Assembly (NCBI GenBank): GCA_019358915.1
Contig: JAHHIM010000012.1
Coordinates: 1-64,000 of the forward strand
Direction of reading: 5' to 3'
DNA: 64,000 nucleotides
Source of the DNA: Trichormus sp. ATA11-4-KO1
Lineage (GTDB): Bacteria > Cyanobacteriota > Cyanobacteriia > Cyanobacteriales > Nostocaceae
Shown: in pieces, positions 32,151 through 42,058 of the stretch
Position numbering within the stretch: position 1 is the stretch's first letter
Layout: every line of letters starts with the position of its first letter
Position numbers and translations under genes: made by a program
Notes under the pieces: model-generated
Databases searched by the model: none
Told to the model about the DNA's origin: nothing
The model's input: only the letters and a program-made list of their open reading frames with translations

Positions 32151-32255
32151 TGTAGTGAGGACTTTAGTCCTCTCTATCTCCCATAATCACAGCTAGGAAG
32201 TAAGCACAGCTATACTTGTAGCTTCTGATAAAAAAGGGCTGAAGCCCTGACTACA
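32151..32255. repeat. Pair of inverted GTAG-type REP-like hairpins (REPIN-like)
   Basis: TGTAGTGAGGACTTTAGTCCTC ... AGGGCTGAAGCCCTGACTACA; similar units at ~34981-35026, 39991-40011 and 49281-49310. Confidence 0.6.
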
Positions 32256-32307
32256 AGCTTATTAAATTTTATTTATATTAAACTTCTTGTATATAATCAC
32301 AAAGGCA

Positions 32308-33273
32308 ATGACTCACCACATTTTAAAAGCCACCAAGAAAACTGTGCATCTAGGTGGGTTCTCTCATCTATTAGAACCAGCACTCACTATTGAATCTGGC
32401 GACACAATTGATGTGGAAACCTACACTGGTTATTACGTTTACGACAAAGCACCATCAGAGTTTCTCACCCCAGAATTTATTGATATCTGCCAAAATCTTC
32501 CTTTAGAACGGAAAGTTGCTGGCGGGCCACATTTACTCACAGGGCCAATTTACGTCCAGGATGCAGAACCAGGAGACGTTTTAGAAGTAAAATTAGAAGC
32601 GATCGCACCTAGTTTACCTGTTGGTTTTAATGCGATTCGTCCAGGCTGGGGCGCATTACCAAACCAATTTACTCAACCTGCACTGAGATTTATTCCCCTC
32701 GATTTAGTCAGCAATATTGCGGAGTTTCCTGTTAATAGTGGAATTAAAATTCCCCTCAAACCCTTTTTTGGTATCCTTGGTGTCGCTACCCCAGAAAACT
32801 CCCGAACATCAGTTCCACCTGGTTGTTATGGTGGTAACATCGATAACCGAGAACTCCAAGCAGGTTCTCGCATATTTTTACCTGTTTTTGTCCCAGGTGC
32901 ATTATTCTCTCTTGGTGATGGACATTCCGCACAAGGCGATGGCGAAGTAAATGTCACCGCCATTGAAACTTCTATGAACGGTAAAATTATACTCAAACTT
33001 CGCCAGGACTTACACCTAACAACACCCATAGCTGAAACACCAACTGATATTATCACCATGGGGTTTGCTCAAACTTTAGATGCAGCTTTGGAAATAGCTG
33101 TCAAAAACATGATAGATTTTTTGGAACGTTTTACAAATTTGTCAGCAGAAGACGCTTATGTATTGTGTAGTTTAGCGGTAAATTTTCGCATCACTCAAGT
33201 TGTCAATAGTCCTCAAAAAGGTGTTCATGGGATGCTGCCCAAAGCGATCCTTTCACATAAAATAAGTTTATAG
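32308..33273 (+). CDS. Acetamidase/formamidase family protein
   Basis: HLLTGPIYV..AEPGDVLEV, PPG.YGGNIDN and GDGHSAQGDGEV motifs. Confidence 0.9.
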   Translation: MTHHILKATKKTVHLGGFSHLLEPALTIESGDTIDVETYTGYYVYDKAPSEFLTPEFIDICQNLPLERKVAGGPHLLTGPIYVQDAEPGDVLEVKLEAIAPSLPVGFNAIRPGWGALPNQFTQPALRFIPLDLVSNIAEFPVNSGIKIPLKPFFGILGVATPENSRTSVPPGCYGGNIDNRELQAGSRIFLPVFVPGALFSLGDGHSAQGDGEVNVTAIETSMNGKIILKLRQDLHLTTPIAETPTDIITMGFAQTLDAALEIAVKNMIDFLERFTNLSAEDAYVLCSLAVNFRITQVVNSPQKGVHGMLPKAILSHKISL

Positions 33274-33293
33274 TTAACAATAAATAATCTTGT

Positions 33294-33665
33294 ATGTCTA
33301 ATATCTTCATCCAAATGTTAATTATTGGTCTAATTGCCGGCATTGCTGGTGGTATGTTTGGTATCGGTGGTGGTGCAATTATGGTACCAGCAATGGTTCT
33401 GCTAGCTGGTTTGGATCAGAAATTTGCTACAGGTACTTCAATTGCTGCCCAAATTTTACCAATTGGTATTTTAGGAGCAGCAGTATATTATCGTAATGGC
33501 AATATTAATATCAAATATGCTGCCATCATTGCTATTGGGCTAGTTGTTGGTAATTTATTTGGCGCATTATTTGCTAATCAGCCATTTATTAGCAGTGAAA
33601 TGATGAAAAAGCTGTATGGCGTTTTTTTATTACTCATTGGTCTGCGGTATTTAGTAGGACGTTAA
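33294..33665 (+). CDS. TauE/SafE (TSUP) family membrane protein, half-size
   Basis: GLIAGIAGGMFGIGGGAIMVP...A.GTS; four TM helices. Confidence 0.85.
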   Translation: MSNIFIQMLIIGLIAGIAGGMFGIGGGAIMVPAMVLLAGLDQKFATGTSIAAQILPIGILGAAVYYRNGNINIKYAAIIAIGLVVGNLFGALFANQPFISSEMMKKLYGVFLLLIGLRYLVGR

Positions 33666-33686
33666 GAGTAGGGAATTTGAGGAAAA

Positions 33687-33785
33687 ATGCCAAAGGATTC
33701 ATTATTTACTAACCGTATAGCTGTGCTGGCGACAATGCACCAAAAAGAAAAAGTTACCGCTCCATGTCTACACATTGACAGCTAA
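33687..33785 (+). pseudogene. Truncated gene start (DUF6671-like N-terminus)
   Basis: GAGGA RBS followed by MPKDSLFTNRIAVLATMHQKEKVTAP, then an abrupt stop overlapping the next gene's end. Confidence 0.55.
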
Positions 33786-34789
33786 AATCTGACAACTACT
33801 TTGCCGCAATTTTGACCACTCAGCAAATATTCAACAGCAGTAGGTATGGATTCTACACCTAGAAATTGCCTTTGATCAACAAAGACTTTGAGTTTACCTG
33901 TGTAGAAAAGATTTAACAAGCGATCGCGTGCCTCTGTCATATATTCTTGATAATGAGGCATGAGAAAGCCACGCACAGAAGCAGCTTGCCAAAATAGCTG
34001 GTGATAAATCCGGGGTTGGGTAATTTCCGCCAAATTTTTCCCATACTCAGAGATAAAGCCAAGCACCACCAAACGTCCCCGCACCGCTAAGTTATCAACA
34101 CAGGTATCGAAAACCTGTTTACCCACACACTCAAAAATCAAATTAATGCCATTGAGGTACTCTTGTTGCAAGACTTGACCAAGGTTTTCTGTACGATAAT
34201 TAATAATGCGATCGCATCCTAATTCCTTTAATAACTGCACCTTTGCTTCAGAACCACAAATACCAATTACATGATTACCTGCTAACTTCGCCAACTGCAC
34301 AGCAATATGACCTGTTCCACCCGCCGCAGCCGTCACCAAAACAACTTCATTACTTTTCATCTCCCCAACTTGTTCTAATGCCACCAAAGCTGATACACCA
34401 GTAGGCATCAAAGTTAACACTTCCGGGGTAACTTCCCGCACCTTAGTTACTAAATTCGCATCGATAATTTGGTACTCACGATAACCACCACCACGGTTAG
34501 TAGTTACCACAGCCTCACCAACTTGGAAATTTTTGACATCCTCACCCATAGCAACAACTTCTCCCACCGCTTCCACACCCAAATCAAAGGGAGGAATTAA
34601 GCTAACATAGGGAACATCACCACGACAAAGTAAAGTATCAAAACCACCATTAATCCCAGCAAATTTATTTTTAATTAACAGTTGCTTAGTAGTAGGTTGA
34701 GGAATAGGAATTTCCACAACTTCCACAGCAGATTTAAAATCTTGCTCAAATTGCTTTGCTATTAACTTTCTGTAGATTTTTGCCTTCAT
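33782..34789 (-). CDS. MDR-family NADP-dependent oxidoreductase (PTGR3/ZADH2-like enone reductase)
   Basis: AGINGGFD, GVEAVGEV, VLVTAAAGGTG and GKVVV motifs; no Zn-Cys cluster. Confidence 0.85.
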   Translation of the reverse strand: MKAKIYRKLIAKQFEQDFKSAVEVVEIPIPQPTTKQLLIKNKFAGINGGFDTLLCRGDVPYVSLIPPFDLGVEAVGEVVAMGEDVKNFQVGEAVVTTNRGGGYREYQIIDANLVTKVREVTPEVLTLMPTGVSALVALEQVGEMKSNEVVLVTAAAGGTGHIAVQLAKLAGNHVIGICGSEAKVQLLKELGCDRIINYRTENLGQVLQQEYLNGINLIFECVGKQVFDTCVDNLAVRGRLVVLGFISEYGKNLAEITQPRIYHQLFWQAASVRGFLMPHYQEYMTEARDRLLNLFYTGKLKVFVDQRQFLGVESIPTAVEYLLSGQNCGKVVVRF

Positions 34790-35030
34790 TTTTAATCTTA
34801 ATTTTACCTTACTCCTTAATTATTAGTTTTAACGTATGTAGCAGTCCTAACTCATAAGTCCTGCGGACACGTTACGAGAACGTAAAAAATTTTATTAAAT
34901 TTCTCTGCGTTCTCTGCGTCTCTGCGGTTCGTTTTCCAAAATTATCACTAATTCAGCAAAAGTAGACTCTTGGTTCTCAACCCGCGTAGGCGGGTTTTGA
35001 TTGTGTAGCAGCGACTTTTAGTCGCCCTTC

Positions 35031-35831
35031 TTAGGCTTCTAAGGCTTTATCCCACTCTAACTGATGAGCTAAACCATACGTGATAAAATCTTCTACTTTA
35101 GCTTGATCACTTTTACCAAAAACGCCTAAACTGTAAGGATTATCTTGCATTCGTTGTGTAACTTGCTCTTTTTCAAATACTATCACTTCCTCTCTAGACT
35201 TATCGGGTTTAAAAAAGTCTACAACCAAAACAGTTCTGTCATAATTAGTGTAATTATGTGGACAATGTGGATAGCTGTGATCTAAAACCATAAATTTTCC
35301 TTCATACCAATAAAGCTGCTCATGGCATATTTTCATAGCCACATCCCCCTCAGGTACAATCAATCCTAGATAGCCACGATTCATATGAGGGTTATAGTTC
35401 ACATGTAGTTTAATATCTAATCCTGGACGAAAGGTACCAAAATAAACATTTCTGATGATATTATCATCGCTCAAGTTTACTTTTGCTATCACCTCAGTCA
35501 AATTAGGAAAATATTTCTCTCTCAAAGCAAGTGCTTTTTCTGATGCCTCTTCTGCTCCATAATCAGGATATTCTATTTGATACAAGCGAATATATTCTTC
35601 AATAAATAAACCTTTAAATAAAATCCCAAAAGCACTATATTTCGCATTACCCCTAGTTTTAATCGTCTTACTTTTAGGTCCCAGAACATCAAAAGTGAAC
35701 GCTAATTCCTCAGCAGACGCATGATTAAAAAAACTTGTAAACTCATCTCTAATCACTGACCAGTTATCTTGAAAACTGTTGAGAAAAGTAAACTGCTTTG
35801 GATCTAAATGATACTCATTAAACCTTACCAT
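35031..35831 (-). CDS. Aspartyl/asparaginyl beta-hydroxylase-family (Fe/2OG) oxygenase
   Basis: W..IRDE, PGLDIKLH..RGYLGLIVP and W.EGKFMVLDHSYPH..HN..DRTVLVVDF motifs. Confidence 0.8.
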   Translation of the reverse strand: MVRFNEYHLDPKQFTFLNSFQDNWSVIRDEFTSFFNHASAEELAFTFDVLGPKSKTIKTRGNAKYSAFGILFKGLFIEEYIRLYQIEYPDYGAEEASEKALALREKYFPNLTEVIAKVNLSDDNIIRNVYFGTFRPGLDIKLHVNYNPHMNRGYLGLIVPEGDVAMKICHEQLYWYEGKFMVLDHSYPHCPHNYTNYDRTVLVVDFFKPDKSREEVIVFEKEQVTQRMQDNPYSLGVFGKSDQAKVEDFITYGLAHQLEWDKALEA

Positions 35832-35910
35832 AATCTTTCTCCTCCAAATGATTGAATAAAGATTTTTGACGTATTAATATCAGCAATTCTATCTAAACTT
35901 GTAAAATAGT

Positions 35911-36050
35911 TATAGCGTTTCCTAATGCGCTGAAGGACTGAATACACCGCTAATAAAATTTGACAATCTTTGCGTAACTCTGCGCTACCTTAGCGTTCCT
36001 CTGCGTTAAAAAATATTAGTTCTGTACTCACTTAGTTGGGAATCGCTATA
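35911..36050. mobile_element. 140-bp MITE with TATAGCG.TTCC.AA TIR
   Basis: TATAGCGTTTCCTAA...TTGGGAATCGCTATA; second partial copy at 125-203. Confidence 0.75.
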
Positions 36051-36148
36051 AATTCTTTTTCAGTCACAAATTTCCTTTTTAACTTCTTAGCTCTGTGCCT
36101 CTGTGGTTTAAAACTAGGTTATGTAGTCATTTTAGTGTGAGGTCTACC

Positions 36149-37618
36149 ATGTCCGAAGCCCCCTTATTAGATAAAATAATTAAAAACGTCAGAGTAGTTC
36201 GTCCCCATCAAGATACAGTCGAACTACTTGACTTGGGAATTAAGGATGGAAAATTTGTCCAGATTGCTCCTTATATTAGCCCAGACCAAGGTCAAGAGAT
36301 ATTTGATGCCAAAAACCTCCTAGGCTTTCCAGGTGTCGTAGATGCCCATATGCACATCGGTATTTATCAACCTCTTGACCAAGATGCAGTGACTGAAAGC
36401 AAAGCAGCCGCCATGGGGGGAGTCACAACTAGTCTCAACTACATTCGTACAGGACAGTATTATTTAAACAAAGGCGGTGCTTATCGAGACTTTTTCCCAG
36501 AAGTATTAGCCTTATCCAGAGGTAATTTTTTTGTTGATTATAGCTATCACGTCGCCCCCATAGCTAGCCAACATCTTGACGAAATCCCACTATTGTTTAC
36601 AGAACATGGAGTATCTTCCTTTAAAATCTTTATGTTTTATGGAGGTTACGGTTTGCATGGTTTATCAGACCAACAAAACCTCTTTTTGATGATTAATAAA
36701 GAAGAACGCTATGACTTCGCCCACTTTGAATTTATTATGCGCCGTCTCACTTCCTTGATGGCAGATTATCCAGAATCGCGAGATAGTATCAGCTTAAGTT
36801 TGCACTGCGAAATTGCCGAAATTCTCAACGCATACACCAAAATAGTCGAAAATGATTCCAGCCTCAGTGGACTACACGCTTATAGTGCAGCACGTCCCCC
36901 CCATTCCGAAGGTTTAGCAATTTGTATTGCTTCTTATTTGGCACATGAAACCAACTGTGCAAACATCAATTTATTACATCTCAGTTCGCGTAAAGCAATG
37001 GAAGCAGCCTTGACAATGCAAACTGCTTTTCCCCATATTAATTTCCGACGAGAAGTCACTGTTGGACATTTACTATTAGATGTCGATACCCCTACAACTA
37101 CTTGGGCCAAAGTCAACCCACCTATCCGTCCCCGTGCCGATGTGGAATACTTATGGCAAGCAGTACTTAATCATCAAGTAGATTGGATAGTTAGTGACCA
37201 TGCTTGTTGTTCTGCCGAACAAAAAAGAAGCGCAAAATACCCAAATAATATATGGTTAGCAAAATCTGGTTTTGGTGGTACAGAATATTTACTTTCTGGT
37301 GTATTTAGTGAAGGTAGCAAGCGGGGAATGTCTTACAGCCACATGGCTAAGTTGCTATCTTGGAACCCATCCCGGCGGTTTGGTGTACTCACAAAAGGTG
37401 ATATTGCTATTGGCTACGATGCTGATTTGGTGTTATTAGACCCCCGTGAAACCTTCGTAGTACGTGCGGCTGAATCAGAGTCACAACAAGGTTACACACC
37501 CTTTGAAGGAGTAGAATTAACTGGAAGGGTGAAAACTACCTTTTTGCGCGGAAACAAAATTTACGACCAAGGACAAGTGCTTGGTGTACCAACTGGACGT
37601 TATTTAAAAAGATGTTAG
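36149..37618 (+). CDS. Cyclic amidohydrolase (allantoinase/dihydropyrimidinase/dihydroorotase family)
   Basis: DAHMH, SFKIFM (carbamylated Lys), LHCE, LLHLS and SDHA binuclear-site ligands; ATG 36149 has a GAGG RBS. Confidence 0.88.
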   Translation: MSEAPLLDKIIKNVRVVRPHQDTVELLDLGIKDGKFVQIAPYISPDQGQEIFDAKNLLGFPGVVDAHMHIGIYQPLDQDAVTESKAAAMGGVTTSLNYIRTGQYYLNKGGAYRDFFPEVLALSRGNFFVDYSYHVAPIASQHLDEIPLLFTEHGVSSFKIFMFYGGYGLHGLSDQQNLFLMINKEERYDFAHFEFIMRRLTSLMADYPESRDSISLSLHCEIAEILNAYTKIVENDSSLSGLHAYSAARPPHSEGLAICIASYLAHETNCANINLLHLSSRKAMEAALTMQTAFPHINFRREVTVGHLLLDVDTPTTTWAKVNPPIRPRADVEYLWQAVLNHQVDWIVSDHACCSAEQKRSAKYPNNIWLAKSGFGGTEYLLSGVFSEGSKRGMSYSHMAKLLSWNPSRRFGVLTKGDIAIGYDADLVLLDPRETFVVRAAESESQQGYTPFEGVELTGRVKTTFLRGNKIYDQGQVLGVPTGRYLKRC

Positions 37619-37628
37619 CTTAAAAAGC

Positions 37629-38531
37629 TTATGCGTCTTTAGCTGCATATGACAAGACTGTTCCCAGTTGTGATAAATCCCTATCAACTCGAACAAAAAA
37701 TAAGCAACCATCATCTGTTCTGTGCCAAGGAGAGGTGGTAAAGCTGGGAATGTAACCAAAGCAATCCTTGACAAATCGAAAATCTCCAATATCACAGTAT
37801 CCAGCTAGACAATACGCCTCTTCGTTATAAGATTGTATTTCTGTGTACCTGCCGTCATAATGTGGCAAGATGGCAAGGAGCCATACTCCACCTCCGTTGG
37901 CATCTTTCCTCAAGTACTTCTTTTTTGCTACCTCAAATTGAACTGTATCTGTCTTGCCCCACGATAGCAATTTACTATCCAATGCTGGGATGAACTCATC
38001 CATCCTCGCGTTTGGGTGGTTATTTTGTGCGTCCTTATACTTGAGAATACCGTTCTCCATCCAAAGGATTTCCACTTCATCATCACCAAGCACTTTCCAA
38101 GGGCCTACCCTCACTCCTGCCGGTATAAATGAGTATCCATGCTTGTTTAGTTGCCATTCACCTAATTGAATAACACCTTTAAGCACAAAAATTTCTAAAT
38201 CGGCAGTAAATATACCAGAGGGTGCTGCAAACTGGGGTGGTAACACAACTTTGGAAGTAGATGCACCACTATCATGCCAAGTCAGCAATTGATAGTTTCC
38301 AGGTGCTACATATTCTGGCATTCCCCGCACTCGCCACCCATGTTCTACTGATACAGCATTTGTGTCAAAGTACTGATACTGTCGAGGTGCATATTCTGGG
38401 GAAATAGCCGTGTGTCTTCCTGATAAATTCATGCGCCCTCTACCATCTCCACCCCAATCTTCCTTCACAGGCGCTACATTCAAAAAATCATTAGTCTCTT
38501 CATCGGGGACAGTCTTATAATTATTTTCCAT
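37629..38531 (-). CDS. Tandem cupin-like protein (DUF4437/ChrR-like)
   Basis: Two cupin-like barrels (EIFVLKG...GYSFIPAG; EEAYCLAG...GYIP....H). Confidence 0.65.
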   Translation of the reverse strand: MENNYKTVPDEETNDFLNVAPVKEDWGGDGRGRMNLSGRHTAISPEYAPRQYQYFDTNAVSVEHGWRVRGMPEYVAPGNYQLLTWHDSGASTSKVVLPPQFAAPSGIFTADLEIFVLKGVIQLGEWQLNKHGYSFIPAGVRVGPWKVLGDDEVEILWMENGILKYKDAQNNHPNARMDEFIPALDSKLLSWGKTDTVQFEVAKKKYLRKDANGGGVWLLAILPHYDGRYTEIQSYNEEAYCLAGYCDIGDFRFVKDCFGYIPSFTTSPWHRTDDGCLFFVRVDRDLSQLGTVLSYAAKDA

Positions 38532-38561
38532 CTATTTAGAACTCATACAATACTCCAAATA

Positions 38562-39950
38562 TTACGCCAGTCTTTGTTTAACTTCTTCAGCTAAATTTTC
38601 TAGTGATACTTCTACTTGTTCACCTGTTTTTAAATCTTTAAGAGAAGACTTTTGCAATGCTGCTTCTTCGGAACCAATAATTACACAGAATTGAATTCCT
38701 TGTTTATCAGCTAGCTGGAATTGTTTTCCCAAACCTTTTTTTTCAAAGTTAGTGATAACATTAATTCCAGCTTTACGCAGGTTTTGGGACACCTGTAAAT
38801 AAATAGGCATCAAATCTTCCTGCATATTCACTACCATGACCTGCGCTGGTGTAGCAGCTAAGGTACTCAAAATACCAGCTTTTAGTAATCGGCTAATTAA
38901 ACGAGTTAAACCAATAGAAATACCCACACCAGGCATTTTTTCGCCTAAAAATGTGCCTACTAACTCTTCATATCTACCGCCAGAACAAATACTACCTAAA
39001 GCTTCATGTCCTAATAAAGTTGTTTCATAAACAGTACCTGTATAATAATCAAGACCACGAGCGATCGCTAAATCAATACAAAAGCGATTTTCAGAAACTC
39101 CAAGGTTACGAACACCTGTAATCACTGTTTCTAATTCAGTGACTCCCAAGCTAAATTGTTCAGCTTCAGGCAAATTTTGTGCAAGATGCTTAAGCTTATC
39201 TAATACCTCATCAACACTGCCGTTAATTTTAATAAAGTCAATAATTTTTTGAGTTTGTTCTGCTAAAATATCTTCTTTTTCTAATTGTTGTTTGACTTTA
39301 GCCTCACCGATTTTTTCCAAGTTATCAATAATACTGATACAAGATTTAATTTTATTTTCAGCAATTCCTAACGACTGAAAAAACCCTGTAAGAATTTTAC
39401 GGTTATTAATGCGAATCAGAAAATCACCAATATTAACAGCCTCAAATATCTCGGTGATAATTGCAGGCATTTGAGCATCATAAAGTAAACTGAGTTCACG
39501 CCGAGCAATTACATCAATATCACACTGGCGGAACTGGCGGAAACGCCCATCTTTTGCTCGTTCACCCCGAAAAACAACATCCATTTGGTAACGAGCAAAG
39601 GGAAAGGTTAATTCATTGAGGTGACGAGCAATATAAGCTGCTAAAGGAACTGTTTGGTCAAACTTTAAAGCTCTAGCTTCTGAACCTGTTTCTCCTGCTT
39701 TTTCTTTTTCGGCTTGCCGATTTGGTGGCAGGATAGGGTCAATACCATAAATAATATTGTCACCTTGATTTCCCTTGGCTTGCAGCACTTCTAAACGTTC
39801 TACAGCCGGAGTTTCTATAGGTGTAAATCCATAACTTTCAAAAACTCTCCGGATGGTATCTAGTAAATATAATTCCAAGCGTTTTTCGCTGGGAAGAAAT
39901 TCGGGAAACCCGCTAGGAGTTGAGAAGTTGATTTTGTCGCTTTTTGCCAT
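38562..39950 (-). CDS. hisS: Histidine--tRNA ligase
   Basis: FDQTVPLA, GRFRQFRQCDIDV, ARGLDYYTG and GGRYE motifs; C-terminal anticodon-binding domain. Confidence 0.95.
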   Translation of the reverse strand: MAKSDKINFSTPSGFPEFLPSEKRLELYLLDTIRRVFESYGFTPIETPAVERLEVLQAKGNQGDNIIYGIDPILPPNRQAEKEKAGETGSEARALKFDQTVPLAAYIARHLNELTFPFARYQMDVVFRGERAKDGRFRQFRQCDIDVIARRELSLLYDAQMPAIITEIFEAVNIGDFLIRINNRKILTGFFQSLGIAENKIKSCISIIDNLEKIGEAKVKQQLEKEDILAEQTQKIIDFIKINGSVDEVLDKLKHLAQNLPEAEQFSLGVTELETVITGVRNLGVSENRFCIDLAIARGLDYYTGTVYETTLLGHEALGSICSGGRYEELVGTFLGEKMPGVGISIGLTRLISRLLKAGILSTLAATPAQVMVVNMQEDLMPIYLQVSQNLRKAGINVITNFEKKGLGKQFQLADKQGIQFCVIIGSEEAALQKSSLKDLKTGEQVEVSLENLAEEVKQRLA

Positions 39951-40018
39951 GCTGATACCTGGAAAATCGTAAATTATGCAAACACAAAGTAAGGCTAGAG
40001 CCTCTGACTACAAACTTT

Positions 40019-40465
40019 CTACTGTAGTCGTTCTTCTTGGATAATGGTGCGTTGGTAAATTTGATGGTTTTTAAACCAGTGCCAAGTACGGGCACGATGG
40101 TTATTGTCAGGGCTAAGTAAGATCATTTCATATAAATACATTTCTGGTACTGTCTTATAAGCAAACCACAAAATAAGGGTAGAATCATCAACTTCCCAAG
40201 CTTTTCCTTGAATACGTTCTGTGTCAAACCAGAGCATTTTATCGCGATAGGTTCCTGGAAATTTATGCTCTTCTTGTTTTCCATCAGACCATTTGTAGCG
40301 ATTGATTTGATAGTAGGAATAAATGTCGTTTTCTGGAAACTGGCAGGTTAAATGAGATTGATGTTGATCAATAATTTTACCTTCTATATCTATCAAAGTA
40401 TACGTACCTACCCAATCACCCTCATGGCGGGCTAGCACTGGCATTTCTTCTCGAATATTAGACAT
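40019..40465 (-). CDS. DUF3598-like beta-barrel (lipocalin/calycin-type) protein
   Basis: H.G.W.GTY N-terminal calycin motif; E.I.L....R.RTWHW...IQEER. Confidence 0.6.
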   Translation of the reverse strand: MSNIREEMPVLARHEGDWVGTYTLIDIEGKIIDQHQSHLTCQFPENDIYSYYQINRYKWSDGKQEEHKFPGTYRDKMLWFDTERIQGKAWEVDDSTLILWFAYKTVPEMYLYEMILLSPDNNHRARTWHWFKNHQIYQRTIIQEERLQ

Positions 40466-40500
40466 TACACAATTCCTTGAAATAAGATTTTAGGCTTCTA

Positions 40501-41919
40501 TTAACCATTATCAAACCACCAAGGGTCGCTACTAGAGTTAGTTTTAATCAAAAATGCTTTTTTTCGTAAAAATCGTTTTAGTGATGCTGGCCCCATACGT
40601 GAACCACCAAGACCGGAGAATTTGAAAGAATTCTTCTCTCCTTCGTACATAATGGCAGTGAGAGCAGCATCATTAATACTAATGGCTCCTGCATCTATTT
40701 GTTGGGCAACGGCTAAAGCTTCTGCTTCTGACTCGGCAAATACTGCTGCACTTAGTCCATAAATAGAGTCGTTGGCTAAATACACTGCTTCCTCAACTGT
40801 GGAAAACGGCATCACTGGCATGATAGGGCCAAAAGTCTCTTTGGTCATCACTTTCATTGAATGGTTTACCTGGGTAATCACAGTTGGACGACACCACCAA
40901 CCTCCGCCTAATTCCTCAACTTTACCGCCACAATGAATTAATGCTCCTTTTTCGACTGCATCTAGAAGATGGTCGTTAATAATTGCGGCTTGTCTTTCGG
41001 CAATAATGGGGCCAATTTCTCCATTTTCCACTTTGGGATATGCTAACTGGAGGCGATGGGCTTTGGCTATCAGTTGATGGTAAAACTCTTCAAATATCGC
41101 TTCTGCAACGTAAATTCGCTCAATTGAGAGACATGATTGTCCGGTGTTGACTACTGAACCCCACAAAATCGCTGAAGTTGCTAATTCTAAATTGGCTGAC
41201 TCCAAAACGATCGCGGGGTCTTTTCCTCCCAATTCTAAAAAAGCTGGAATAAAGCGTCTAGCTGCGGCTTCTGCTACTTTGCGCCCTGTCGCTACACTAC
41301 CTGTAAAGCAGACTAAATCTACATATTCAATTAAAGCTGCTCCGGTGTCACCGGCTCCTTCCACAAAACTTAATACGTCACGTAAATTGGGCACAGTATT
41401 AATGGCTGTAATCAGTGGTGCTACGAAGCGGGGAGCAATTTCACTGGGTTTAACAATCACTGCACAACCCGCCAACAATGCGGGAATTGTATCAATCGTC
41501 GATAGCAACAATGGAAAATTCCACGGGCTAATCACCCCAACTAAGGGATAAGGGACTGATGTTTGTTGTAGGGCGATAAATGGAATGGCTGTATTTTTGG
41601 CTGAGTCTTGCAGTAACTCTGGTGCTAACCCACACCAACGGTCAATACTAGCCAGGAAGGAGTCTATTTCTAGTACAGAGGTGGACAATCTACCTGTATC
41701 ATTTACCAGCGCTTCTGTGAGCCGTTCTCGCCCAGATAATATGGCTTGCTTCCATTGCTGTAAGGCATCAATTCTAGCTTCTAGACCTAACTGCTGCCAA
41801 TGAATTTGCGCTCTCCGGGCGCGGTTGCATTGATGTATCAACAGCCTCGGCGGCGGCGGGAGAATTACATAGTCAAATTTTCCAGTCCGGGGATTGCGAA
41901 CTTCTATTGGTTTGGTCAT
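40501..41919 (-). CDS. Aldehyde dehydrogenase family protein
   Basis: PWNFP, KPSE, FTGS, LELGGK, GQSC and ETFGP motifs. Confidence 0.93.
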   Translation of the reverse strand: MTKPIEVRNPRTGKFDYVILPPPPRLLIHQCNRARRAQIHWQQLGLEARIDALQQWKQAILSGRERLTEALVNDTGRLSTSVLEIDSFLASIDRWCGLAPELLQDSAKNTAIPFIALQQTSVPYPLVGVISPWNFPLLLSTIDTIPALLAGCAVIVKPSEIAPRFVAPLITAINTVPNLRDVLSFVEGAGDTGAALIEYVDLVCFTGSVATGRKVAEAAARRFIPAFLELGGKDPAIVLESANLELATSAILWGSVVNTGQSCLSIERIYVAEAIFEEFYHQLIAKAHRLQLAYPKVENGEIGPIIAERQAAIINDHLLDAVEKGALIHCGGKVEELGGGWWCRPTVITQVNHSMKVMTKETFGPIMPVMPFSTVEEAVYLANDSIYGLSAAVFAESEAEALAVAQQIDAGAISINDAALTAIMYEGEKNSFKFSGLGGSRMGPASLKRFLRKKAFLIKTNSSSDPWWFDNG

Positions 41920-42058
41920 TGGACATGGGGCATTGAGCATTGGGCATTGAGCTTAATCAGGGTAGAAAGCCCAAAACTACGCCCAGATATAGCACGTAGA
42001 ACAGCAATGTGACACATCGGTGCAGTTAGGGAAAGTTTCCAGCTTAATTTTCTACAGG

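Noticed and set aside
30230..32231. NtcA-like sites before ureE (GTA-N7-TAC) and before the amidase (GTA-N8-TAA)
   Set aside because: Wrong spacing or half-site, and the second lies inside a REP-like element.
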